Of a DNA stretch of 64,000 nt, positions 27,781 to 39,899 are shown piece after piece. Source of the stretch: Chiloscyllium plagiosum. Its lineage: Eukaryota. The position numbers and the translations under genes are program-made. Position 1 is the first letter of the stretch. Each line of letters opens with the position of its first letter. Under the pieces are notes generated by a model, which saw only the letters and a program-made list of their open reading frames with translations, made no database searches and was not told the origin of the DNA. The DNA lies in NCBI RefSeq assembly GCF_004010195.1, contig NC_057716.1, positions 47,039,867-47,103,866 of the forward strand, written 5' to 3'.

Positions 27781-30679
27781 GTTTCTGTCCCTCTGCTATT
27801 TTAGTTTAAAGGTTCCTCAACCACTCCAGCAAATGCTCCCCATTGGACATCAGTCCTTCATTGCATTAGGCAATATTTACCTTGTTGAAGTTGAAGGTAA
27901 ACTTAAGTAAGTTGAAATGAAATCTATTTATATGAATTAGTCTTTCCATTCTGAAAAAGATCTTGTAAGGGTAATCTTCTGTTGAGGAAAATATTTCCTC
28001 CTGGCCCGGGAATCCCTTGGGCTCTGAGGAGTACACACATCTTACACAGAGGTGTGGACAAGTTAAGTGAGTCTGAGACTAATGATAATATTCCCTGTCC
28101 TTCATATTCTCCTTTTGTGTTGCATTCCTCATTCAGCTTCCCATACCTCCATTTCTGTGTTTCTGTTCATCCACTTCAAGTTAATTTTCTCAATTTGCTC
28201 TTAAGCCCGAGGCTTGGTGATTTGTCATGCCCTTGTTGAACATGTAATCTCATGTGAGGCCAGAGTGATGGTGATTTGTGAGAATCCCCCGTCTTGCAGC
28301 TTCCTGACCCCTCAAGTTTCACAAACCCTACTGTTCGATCATGAATTGCTCCCTTTCACTACAGTCGTTCCCTCAGCAACCCAAACCAGTTAATCTCATG
28401 CCCAAATTTGAGCTGCTTGATTTCTGCTGGATTCTTGACCCCAAATGTTCAAACTCCCAGGACTGAATGTGGCTCACTCCGTGGGCTAACTTCACAGAAC
28501 ATCCCAACCCTCAGACGTTTGGCCCCACATGCTTGACATATTCAACACCCAACTAACGTATTGGACCTGATCCTGAGAAGCTTATCGTACCTGATCCCGA
28601 GATGCAAGCAGTGAGTTTTTGCTGTGAGGAACTCCTCCTGACTACCATGACAGAAATAGGGACCACCTAGTTTTTTAGTGAATGAGGGGAGGTATGTAGA
28701 AATGAGGTGAGATTAGCTAATAACGAGATGCAAATGCATGGACTTATGGTAGTCATCGCAGATTAGTGAGATTCACAACTTTGCTTTGACCTTCAGGAGA
28801 AAATTAGAAATTTTTTTGATGTTGGGGGTCTGATTTTTTAAATTCTTAGTGAAATTTCTTGATGTTATTGCTGTTATCCACATCGCTCAAGCAGTGGAAA
28901 ATTCCACCTCTTATCTCTCTAAGAATACAGTATTTTAGTTGAAAGCTGAAGTTTTTAAAATGAAGATTGTAAATTGGATAATAAATTTGAATATATTTTA
29001 AGTTGGAAATTTAAATAAAAGCCCTTCAATTTAATTTAATTGGCTGAACTGAAATTAATATTTTCTTCAGTTTTGCTGCAATGCTAGAAGACAAATCTCT
29101 ATTTTTTCTCTCTTAAGGAAAAATCTTGCTTCATCTAAACCCATCATATACCCCCTTCTGCATAGCACTGTTAAAAGCTGGTACACTTTTTAAATATCCT
29201 CAACTGTAAGAATTATGAGTGATGCAAAATAATTATATTTAAGTATAGTAACGGTGGCTACTCAGTTGCCATTGTGTGAATAATAGATTTTCAGAATTGA
29301 AAAGACAGCGCTAATAGTTTATTTTAATACTGCGGATTAAGAACCATATTTTATTTATTTTGGTACCAATGTATTTTGTAAGATGTACTGAATTAACCTT
29401 GAGGTAGATTGGATTAATTCCTGCAGGAATGCAATAATTGATGTAAAAGGCATTTTGTGAAAAGCTATTACTGGGGTAATGTGGTATAATTCATGTCAAC
29501 TAGATTTTAAATGTAGATTTTTGGTGATTTGGTTCAATTAATTACATTTTAGGTAGCATTTCACTGACAAATTGTATGATTTTTCCCAACACGTTTCTGA
29601 ATCCTTCTGCACTATTTTTGCTATCAGTGTACAGTTTCAACCCTCTAGTCCATTCCCCAAATAGTCAGTATTCATGTATGAGCCTCATTATTGAGTTTTG
29701 GCTCATTATTTGTTTGCAAAAGGTACCATTGTGACTCCTGATTCTATCCTCACTCATTGTCTACATAGATAACTATTAAAGCTGATTTCTGTATTGTTTC
29801 TTCAATGGTTTTTTTTTGCCAAAGTAATGGAAATCTTGTGTGTGATGATGCCATTAGCAGATCCATAGCAATAAATGATAATTACGTAAAGTGTGTTAAC
29901 ATAGGTTTCTATGACATGCTCAGGTATGCTTTGTAGAACAGTGAATTTTTAGTCCAACCAGAAGTCATAAATTTAAACAAAAACTAGGGGGACATGGGAA
30001 ATTTTCTGAATTATTAAGATCAGAGACATTATCTGAAAAGCTAGTAGAAGCTGATTTCAGAAATAAGTTTAATAGCTGGTTGTACAGGTAGTTGAGGATG
30101 AGGGTCCTATAAGGTTATGGACAAAAAACAGGGATGTGGGTCTAAGCACAATAGCTCTTTCAAAGAGCCTTTGCAGGCACAATGGGCCTTTTGTGTATCT
30201 TTCTCTCCCTTTTAAAGGAAAAGCTATTGCTGGATTTAGTTTTAGAAAATGAAGTTGGAAGAGAAGATAATATACAGGCAAGTAATTCAGAAAATAATGA
30301 CAATGCTGCAATTAGGTTCAAAATAAAACTCAAAAGTGGAATGAATAGGTAATTTTTGTTTTAAAAATGGATCAAGAGCTGACCCCCAATGAAAGAAAAA
30401 ATGAAAATTAAAGCAAAATTTGCACAAGCAAATATAAAAATAATCAAGAAATTCAGCATTATGCAGGTGATAGTAGCCTCCTTGATCAGGACCCTGCTGC
30501 TATTTTAAATGCTCACTTCTTTTACCACTGGCTGCAGTGTGCACAATCTAAATAATGCGCAGCAGAAACTTGCAAAGCCTCCTGCTGTACCATCTACTAA
30601 TATACTTATATGGTGACTTATAATGCTTAGAAGGACAAAACATCGCAAGTCTTGGTAACATTGCCACTGTCAAATCTTT

Positions 30680-30831
30680 CTGGAATAGTGGTGCTGGAAA
30701 AGCACAGCAGTTCAGGCAGTATCCGAGGAGCAGATTTTACTGCTCCTCGGATGCTGCCTGAACTGCTGTGCTTTTCCAGCACCACTAGTCCAGAATCTGG
30801 TTTCCAGCATCTGTAGTCATTGTTTTTACCT
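30680..30831 (+). mobile_element. Short fold-back PLE insertion (family A)
   Basis: Arm 30680-30733 is inverted against 30740-30793; tail 30794-30831; TSD actgtcaaatcttt (30666-30679 / 30832-30845). Confidence 0.9.
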
Positions 30832-31579
30832 ACTGTCAAATCTTTAACAATATTAACTTGTAGATATAGTGCAGTTCCTTCATTGTTGCTGGGTCAAATT
30901 CCTGGAATGCAGAATAAAAGTACCGTCACATCACAAACTGCAGCAATTCAAAAAGGCAGTGCATCATTACCTTCTGACAACCAGTTAAAGACCACGAAAT
31001 GCTGACATTGCCAGTAATGTTTGCAGCAAATAAATTAATCACAAGACTAGTCGGATGACTGATTGAACGTATGGTCACTCTTTTCTGAAATCAAAAAGGA
31101 GCAGATTGGATCCCATGTTTTACGAAAGCATTGCAGTAACGCTTAACCTTTATACCCTTTTTTAAGTTGTGTATGCATTTTCCACATTTTTGAGGAAATG
31201 TACCATATTAAACCAGAATAGTGTTGTAAAACATGCAGCAATGCTCTTGCTTCTTCTGGCTTTACGTCAAGTAATTTTGATTTTAATTACTCGGGTTGTT
31301 CTTGGCGAACTCCATTGATGCCTTTCTAGGTTAGGCTGGAGGAGACCTGGTTCATGTTTAGCACCTCTGGACTGACCATTTTCCAGTGGGGGACCTTAAA
31401 CAAGTATTGGCTCCCACATCAGAATATTAAGAAGCTTTGAGTGTTTCAGACAATGCATCCTATGAATGAATGAATAAAAAAAAAAACAGATTATAAATGA
31501 ACAATATTAAAAAAAAATTGCAAGTTCTGAACCATAGCTCCCACCTACTATAAAAGTTAAATGAAATAGAAGAGATATG

Positions 31580-32420
31580 TAGGCAACTTTCAAAGAACTG
31601 TAAAAGGGAACAGGGTAGTGCAGGATTTCAACTTGTCCAATATTTACTGGGGTAGTCATTGTGTAAAAGGTTTAGAGAGAGCAGAATTCTTAATTTGCAT
31701 CAGGAGAGTTTTTAAAGCCACAGAAAGGTGCCAGAAAATTGGAGGACAGCTGTCTGATATTTTGTTGAAGGAAGACCAGTCAGTCTAACCTCTGTGGTGG
31801 GGGAACTGTTAAAAGCAATTCTGAGGGGCAGAATTAATCAGCACTTGGAGATGGAGGGATTAATCAAGAACAGTCAGCATGGTTTTGTTAAGGGGAGGTT
31901 ATGTCTGATCAACTTGATTAAAAAAAAAATTTTAAAGAGGTAGCCAGTTGCATCGATGAGAGCAATGCATTCAACATAGTCTACTTGGACTTCAGCAAGG
32001 CTTTTGCTAAGGTAAGAGCCCTTGGGGATTCAAAGAAATTTAGCAAATTGAATCCAGAATTGGCTATGTGGCAGGGTGATGGTTGAGGGTTTTTTTTTTA
32101 CTTTTGTATTCAGTGAAGTTTCACAGGGATCCGTGTTGGAGTCCTTGCTGTTTGTGGTACATATAAATGATTTAGACTTGAATGTAGGAGGGCTGTGGAT
32201 AATTTGTGGATGATGTGAAAATTTAGTGTAGGGTAAATAATGAAGAGGAATAGTCTTAGACTATAGGAGGATATAAGTGGGCTGATCAGTGGTGAATGGA
32301 ATTCAGTCCAGATAAGTATGAGGTGATGCTCTTGTGTAGGGCAAACAAAACAAGGGAATACACAACAAATGGCCGTATCCTGGGAAGCATCGAGGATCGG
32401 CGGGACCTTGCTGTGCATAT
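31580..32420 (+). mobile_element. CR1 RT fragments
   Basis: agtcagcatggttttgtta and ttggacttcagcaaggctttt (DFSKAF); ORF 32296. Confidence 0.8.
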
Positions 32421-33195
32421 TGTCACGGACATTGAATTAATCACCCAGGCAAACACAAAGTGTAGCCACAGTTCTGTAACATGATGAAACTTTTGTGAAG
32501 TTATCACAATAACTGCACCTAAATGTCGTGTCCATCAGTTTACAGCCCCCAAGTTATTCATATCGTGAAGACTTCTGACACTGTTTTATGTAAAACAGAA
32601 ATAACTATTTATTACTAACGAAAGTACTTTAGAAAATTCTGGGAATGGAAACAATGCATGTTTTTGAAACCACTGCTAAATAACCCCGATTATTATCGCA
32701 AAACCCTCTAAACTGGCATTTAAACCTGACGAACAACATAAAAGGTTAGAATTAGAGGTAGATATTGGGTGAAAGAGAGGAGGATGATATCCATGTGGCT
32801 GGGCTCAGAGTATTTGAATCTCAGGCTAGCAGTTCTGATTTCTGAATATGCTAAATTCCTGTGAGCAGCTGTATGAAGTTCAGTGAGAAAAGAACTTCAA
32901 AAGAGTTGAGTTGGTTTCTTCTGGGCAATATGTTCATGGTATCCCACCAATCAGACAGTCATGATATGGCTCCTCACTGAAAATAGTCTTCCAATTTGAA
33001 CTTTACTGTTCCAGTCAGTTTTCTGTTCTTTGCTTCAGTGAATATCCCTGTGGTTCCCTCCCAAGCAGGCATTCATGGTGTGGCTTCTCTCTGGGAGCAA
33101 TCCTTTTTCAGATCTCGCTGATCAAGTTCTAGCTATCAATTAAAAGCATTGGATTTTGCTTTACAACTGTAACCCATGATTTTTCCCTCCAGATT

Positions 33196-33542
33196 GGGTC
33201 GTCACAGTGGCTCAGTTGTTAGCACTGCTGCCTCACAATGCCAGGGACCTGGGTTCAGTTCCACCCTCTGGGGACTATCTGTGTGGAGTTTGCACATTTT
33301 CCCAGTGTCTGCGTGGGTTTTCTCTGGGTGCTCCGGTTTCCTCAAGTCCAAAGATGTGCAAGTTAGGTGGATTGGCAATACTAAATTACCCATAGTGTCC
33401 AGGGATGTGCAGGCTATTTAGATTAGCAATGGGAAAGGCAGGGTTGCAGGGATAGAATAAGTCTGAGTGGAATGCTCTTCGGAGGGTCAGTGTGGACACG
33501 ATCGACCAAATAGCCTGCTTTCGCATTGTCAGGATTCTATGG
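33196..33542 (+). mobile_element. tRNA-derived V-SINE (HE1-like)
   Basis: A/B-box head (tggctcagttgtt...ggttcagttcc), V-domain tgtgtggagtttgcacattttcccagtgtctgcgtgggttt and CR1-like tail. Confidence 0.88.
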
Positions 33543-34096
33543 TTGTAACTTGTTTGACCGATTGCTTTTGCAGACTTGCTGCTGGGTCATAGGGTTAAAG
33601 TTCTTCTTTGCTTTAGTTAACTTTCTGCAGTGTGGAGGTGACCAATCCTAATCCATGCTGATTTGTGCTATCTCCATGGTTGATTCTATACCGTATCCTA
33701 GTCTTGTTTGCTAAATTTTTAAAATTAACATTAGAAGTTAATTATAGAAGGAAAAGGTGTAACAGATAGGGTTACAACTAAGTCTGCTGAATCCTGTGAT
33801 CTTAATTCTAAAACTCACTTTACAAACAAGATGATACAAGTTCAAATTTTCAAACTGAGATTCCATAATGAGCAGTGTTTGTTTCATACAACTGTTTAAA
33901 TTGTTAATCTATGGACTATTTGAAAATTAATTTTATATTATTTCTTAGTAATTATAAATGCAAGTTACTTGTATTTATCAGAAGAAATACCATTGTGTAA
34001 CTTTGTAAGGTTCAAGTTGATTGTAGATAATGAATTTTCTATGTGCACTGTAGACAACTGATTTTTACATTTGTGTTCAATTGTGTGTTATCTATA

Positions 34097-34274
34097 GGAG
34101 AAAGTGAGGACTGCAGATGCTGGAGATCAGAGGTGAAAAATGTGTTGCTGGAAAAGCGCAGCAGGTCAGGCAGCATCCAATTCCTGAAGAAGGGATTATG
34201 CCCGAAACATCGATTCTCCTGCTCCTTGGATGCTGCCTGACCTGCTGCGCTTTTCCAGGAACACATTTTTCAGC
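34097..34274 (-). mobile_element. Short fold-back PLE insertion (family B) with HHR in the + strand arm (34180-34215)
   Basis: TSD tgtgttatctata (34084-34096 / 34275-34287). HHR reads CUGAAGA-A-GGGA UUAU GCCC-GAAAC-AUC, two substitutions relative to 36982-37017. Confidence 0.88.
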
Positions 34275-36482
34275 TGTGTTATCTATAAGCTATTAATATA
34301 TTGGCCTTTCTACAAATAAATTGTTCCTGACACCTGTATGGCATTTGAAAATTTGTATTTGTGTGCATTAGTGCTTAAAGTGACTTTCTTGTCACTATTA
34401 TCATTGTTGGCATCATTTGGAATATTTGCCATTGACATATCCATCTATGTTTTCAATATTGCCTGCAGACTTTAGATTAATTCAATGCAGCAATTATGTA
34501 ATTTACAAAGCTATTGATTCCTATAGACCCTATTATTGTTTTAAATTTTAATCTTATTTTCTTTGCCTTCATTACATCGATCTGTTGGCTTTTTAAAAAA
34601 AAGTTTCAAGAATCAAGATTTCATATTAGTTCTGAAACAAATTAAATAACTATTACTAACAATAATCAATGAAGTCAACAGAATAGTTAATAAGACAGTT
34701 AATAATATTTTACAATGATTCTGATATGATTTCTTACTTATGTCTAACTCAATGGTAATAGTCACCTAAGAGATGATGTCAAATCAGCCAGAAGGTATTT
34801 TCCATCTCACTTGAAAGCTGGAGACACGAGTATGACACTATGCCTGTGGAATTGACTGTTTGCACCCAACACAGTGCCTCTTAATAGTTTTTTCTCTAAG
34901 TCAGTCTTTGTCAGATTTGATGTCACTCATTGAAGGGACCTTGAGACCTTAATGCTCATTTACTGGGTAAAATGTATCTGCTCTGCTTCTGCATTATGAA
35001 GATGGGCTGTCGACAGTTTGAAATGCCGTCTTTTGTTGCTCACCTTGTGATACTCAACATTGTCATGGTTGCACCAATTATGGTTTACAGTGAAGTAGCA
35101 TGTTCACTGATCAAAGTCTTGCATTTGTACAGGAAAGATTGATTCTATAAATTTATATTCATAGGAACAGTTACATAAAAATCTTAAGGAACTCAAGTCT
35201 GTGCAGTGAAGGGTGTTCATAAAGCCCCTAAAGTGAAAGTATATTAAAGTCATTATACAGAATTTGAACTCTAGCCAAAAATTGAAGTAATTATATTCTT
35301 TCCTGTGTCAAAAGTTATTGACTGAAGTCACAGCAAGATCCTTCCCTAATTAATGTAGCTCTTCAAAAATGCTGTAGAGTAATTAGGAAAAGTGAACACT
35401 GTATCATGAATGATTTTTGAGGGCTAGGTTGCCACTTCAAAAGTTTACACAGTGAAATTCAACAATATCAGATGGTGACCTCTGCTCCCTTTTCGCAGGA
35501 TGGCAGCTATTAATTCTTCTATTTTCATTTACACCTCCTTTGACTCATTCTTTGTTGCTTTACTTGTCCCAATGCCTTTTGCCTAACATCACAATTCCTT
35601 TTGCCTTCGTATCTTTTCTTTGTCTCCCATCCCTTTACTCTGCCTCTGTACTTGTTAAATCCTGTTATAAATCATTCATCTGTTCCTGTTCTAATGAGAG
35701 ATTCTCAAACTGAAAATTCAACACTTTTGTGTGCAAGCATACTCCCATCTATCTGTCGTGATGAACAGTTAGCTTGTGCATCGCTTTTACAAAATTGGAA
35801 AGTGCTTTTCATTGCAGTTTCAATCAGAGTATTAACATTTGTGCAATGAGAAAAATAAAACAGTGCAGCAATTGATCCAATAAACTCCTTGTTTGTAAAA
35901 GTAGGAGCCACCACTGACCAGTTCGCACATAGTCGAGTAATGTGCTTCTCATGTGTACTCAGAGGTTGAAAGAAAGACTTCATGACAAGCTGATGAAATG
36001 CATGAATAATACAACTGGTCAGTTACTAAGCAGAATACAGTTTTCACTCCCTTTTGAAATATGAGGTTTTAAGCAAGCAAAATTGACTTAGTTCTGTAGT
36101 TCACTCAACTTTATCCAGCACACAGTAACGATACAAAAAGAACCTAATATCTGTTGTCTTAATACCTACATTTTGGTGCTCCTCTTAATTGAGTGCTGAT
36201 ATGCAATGGTGGTAGCATGGCTGGTGGAGCCTGCTGAGTAGCTTCAGACTTTGAGGACCCAGCTGCAGACTGCATCGTCTTAGCATGTGTGGTGACAGTT
36301 TTAGCTGGCTGATTCAAAGGCACTGCTGGCATGATAGTGGCAGGAACTCAAATGCTGTCATCCTGAGAGGATAATGGATATCTGTGGTCTGTATTACCAC
36401 TGTCATTCCCATGGCACAACACCTCAACTCTTTCAGTCATCTGCTGCAGAGCATATTGCAGAACTGCTGTGACAATCTGTGT

Positions 36483-37116
36483 TGGAAATGTGTTGCTGGA
36501 AAAGCGCAGCAGGTCAGGCAGCATCCAGGGAACAGGAGAATCGACATTTCGGGCATAAGCCCTTCTTCAGGAATGAGGAAAGTTTGTCCAGCAGGCTAAG
36601 ATAAAAGGTAGGGAGGAGGGACTGGGGGGAGGGGCGTCGGAAATGTGATAGGTGGAAAGAGGTCAAGGTGAGGGTGATAGGTCAGACGGGAGTGGGGGCG
36701 GAGAGGTCGGGAAGAAGATTGCAGGTTAGGAAGGCGGTGCTGAATTCGATGGATTTGACTGAGACAAGGTGGGGGGAGGGGAAATACCTTGTCTCAGTCA
36801 AATCCATCGAACTCAGCACCGCCTTCCTAACCTGCAATCTTCTTCCCGACCTCTCCGCCCCCACCACAGTCTGACCTATCACCCTCACCTTGACCTCTTT
36901 CCACCTATCACATTTCCAACGCCCCTCCCCCAAGTCCCTCCTCCCTACCTTTTATCTTAGCCTGCTGGACAAACTTTCCTCATTCCTGAAGAAGGGCTTA
37001 TGCCCGAAACGTCGATTCTCCTGTTCCCTGGATGCTGCCTGACCTGCTGCGCTTTTCCAGCAACACATTTCCAGCTCTGATCTCCAGCATCTGCAGACCT
37101 CACTTTCTCCTCAAAG
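36483..37116 (+). mobile_element. Fold-back PLE insertion (family B) with 288-bp arms
   Basis: 36483-36770 and 36786-37073 are reverse complements (7 mismatches by my count), separated by a 15-nt spacer; tail 37074-37116; TSD gtgacaatctgtgt (36469-36482 / 37117-37130). Confidence 0.93.
36982..37017 (+). ncRNA. Minimal hammerhead ribozyme (family B), intact core
   Basis: AUUC-CUGAAGA-A-[GGGC UUAU GCCC]-GAAAC-GUC-GAUU. The mirrored copy at 36539-36574 (-) has GAAAU. Confidence 0.8.
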
Positions 37117-38341
37117 GTGACAATCTGTGTGTCCAGATGAGCACTGAAATCTGCACCCATCATGGCAACTGATGGTAACAGCCTGCATGGCAGCAACCAG
37201 AGATCTCCTTATCTCTGTCTAAGCTTTCATTGCAGCAATCAGCAGGCCTCTGTGGGGAAGTGGCTGTCAGACACTGCATATGTTTGTTGGTGCCCACCAC
37301 ATTTTCCACAGAATTCCCTGTGACATGCTGAAACTGGATTCCTTCATGCACCTAGCCAGAGACTGAAGACCATCTCTTAGCCTTGCCAGTGTCCAAGCAT
37401 CATGGGTGTATGTTCATTAGTGGTCTGTAGTCTGCCCCCAGTATGATTTTCATCTGAGTCAACTGCAGCTGAACTAGTGTGCGAGCTTTTCCCTCGGGCG
37501 TTTGCAGATGAGATGTTTAATCCTCCTGTCCTGGCAGCAGCTCCATCATTCTGGTGAATCATCTCATGCATATCTCGACTTTCAACCAAAACAATTCATG
37601 CATGGCAGTGTGAGAGCTGTTTGTTGCAAGTATTGGGTAAAATGATGGTGTTTCTTCCAAGATATCATCTTCCTTGTGCCATTTTGCGTATGGTTTCTGG
37701 TTATCTTGCAGCACAGAAGATTTATGAACAACTAAATGAAGTAGGGTGGGTAGTAAATTAAGAGGCCCCGAGACTCACCATTTGTGGCTTCTATTTCATG
37801 GCACTTTCCAGGATGACAATCAAGGGATGGCACAGAAAGCTGCAATTTACTATTATCTGGGATGGCCTCCATTGGACCAGATACTACTAGTTCTCTGCCA
37901 CTGCTGTCTATTATTACATGGACCATTTCCACCACAGCATTCAGAATTAGAGAAGGATCAGGTCCTCTGGCTTTCTCTTCTGCTGTGTGATGCTTTTTTC
38001 AAGAGACAGCACAGATTATTTTTGACTAGGTGTTTGGATGATGCCTATCGTATGGAACCACTGTGTGGAACCAGTGAGTTGTAGTTGTGTTCTGGAATGG
38101 CTTGAAGATTTGTGATGCAAATAAAAAGCAGGGTGAACACAATTGAAGCAATAAACCATTGATTCTTTATTAACTGCAGTGCAGAGTAGTCAACAAACGT
38201 CAGTGTAAAGGTGAGCTTCTGGATGAGAACAAAAAGCAATACATTTTCAACAGGAAAATTCAGTGAACTAAATAGAGTTTTATAGGTAGTGCAAAGATTT
38301 TACTTGACCTTAGTTAGAAATATAACTAACGGGGGGGATCT

Positions 38342-38351
38342 AAGATGGCGG
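38342..38351 (+). promoter_or_regulatory. YY1-type motif at the L1 5' end (internal promoter)
   Basis: aagatggcgg lies 11 nt inside the element start, the position typical of vertebrate L1 5' UTRs. Confidence 0.55.
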
Positions 38352-38517
38352 TGATCTGAGAAGATCACACTGCAGAGCTTCGCATTGCAGCAGGAGCAGG
38401 ACAGTCCTTTAACCCACCCGACAGGTCATCCGGATTTCTTGGGATGTTGGAAAGATTGTGGAGCCCCAAGAAACATTTAAAAAAAATTGACTTACCTATA
38501 TTTTCAGCTGTCCAGAA

Positions 38518-39322
38518 ATGCCTAAAAAGGGAGGAGGAGCATCTGAGGCCAGGCCTGCAGCAGCCTCCGAGCAGATTATTCTCCAGGACCTGGTGAACCA
38601 GCTCTCGAAATCTCGCGCGATGTTGGGGGAAACAGATTGAAGAGAAGCTGGCTCCAGTCTCTCTCATGCTGCAGAAGCACGAGCAGCAGCTGGGAGACCT
38701 GGAGAAGAGGATGGATGAGGTGGAGCACAGGATCACCATCGTGGAAGCTGATGCCAGTTCATTCAAGGAAGAGATTCAAGCCCTGAAGACGCAGGTTCAT
38801 AATTTGCGTGACCAAGTGGATGATCTTGAAAACAGGGGCAGGAGAAAAAACATTCGGATCATCGATCTGCCTGAGGGTAAGGAAGGTGAGCGGCCTGCGG
38901 AATTTGTTAAAGATTGGCTTCCGAAATTCCTTGACTTGGAGACTGGCATGAGAGGATTGAAGATAGAGAGAGCTCACCGGGTCGCAGCACGGAGGTCGGG
39001 TCTGGGTCAACGCCCTCGTCCTTTCCTGGTGCGGTTCCATCATTACCGGGATAAGGAGAGAGTCACGGAGGCTTCCAGACTCCAGGGGAAGGATCCAAAG
39101 GCCTTAATTTACGAGGGGTCTAAGATCATGTTTTTTCAGGACTTTTCAGCGGCGGTGATCCAGAAACGAAAATCGTATGATGGTGTCAAGAGAAGATTGA
39201 AGGAGCTTGGGATTCAATACTCCCCGAGATATCCGGCAGTGCTTCGGATCACCTTAGATGGATCCATGCATCTCTTTGACACATCGGAGAAGGCAAGAGA
39301 CTTTGTGGACAAACTAACCTAA
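38518..39322 (+). pseudogene. L1 ORF1p (coiled coil + RRM + CTD) with one +1 frameshift near 38625-38630
   Basis: Track ORF 38666-39322 has LENRGRRKNIRIIDLPEG, IERAHRV, RPRPFLVRF and IMFFQDFS motifs. An upstream ATG at 38518 (MPKKGGGAS...) is one base out of frame. Confidence 0.85.
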
Positions 39323-39899
39323 TTTAAACAATTGTAGTATGTATAAATATTGTTGCTTGGGTATGCGTTTATCATTCTGTAAAAGAAATGGAGGAAATCG
39401 GTTGGAGTTTTGTTTTTCCCCTTTTTATTTACCTCTATTGATGATAATTTGGTTCAAACTATGTCTGGCGGTGGTTAAGATGTACATTTTAAATTTCTAA
39501 GTTAGGACATTCCAAAGGATGGGTGGAGTATTTATTCCCTTTTTAATAAAAGAATGTTTTTTTTTATTCATATTGATATTCTATGGGGTGTTTATTCTTT
39601 TTAGCTTCTGCTTGCAATGCGGCTCTAGCTGGGAGAAGTGAAGGTGGATGAGATGGTTAGATGCCTATTTATGAGCAGTTCGGGAAGGGTAGTTGCCCCC
39701 TCCGAGCAGGGGGTGAGTTCCCCTACTCGGCTCTATTGGTGCTTTATATGTTGGTTTGTTTTCTGTTTTTTGTTTTTTATTTTTAATAATTTTGTATGTT
39801 TGTTTAAATGCAGTGGTTTTAGTTTATGTAGTTTTTGTATTTGGCGGATCATGCGACACAAAGGCTCAGCAATTTGTGGTTCAGGTTCCTCCTCTCTGG

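Noticed and set aside
32421-33890. Possible LTR-like insertion starting tgtcacggac that truncates a CR1
   Set aside because: I could not find a matching CA end with a TSD, or the CR1 continuation.
19017-37017. Apparent strand bias: intact HHRs on +, mutated on -
   Set aside because: The minus-strand changes are ordinary CpG transitions, + strand copies at 23057 and 34184 are also mutated, and the sample is too small.
36384-37196. Mirror-image ORFs on both strands (WKCVAGKAQQVRQHPG...)
   Set aside because: They are a by-product of the palindromic PLE 3' UTR, not proteins.
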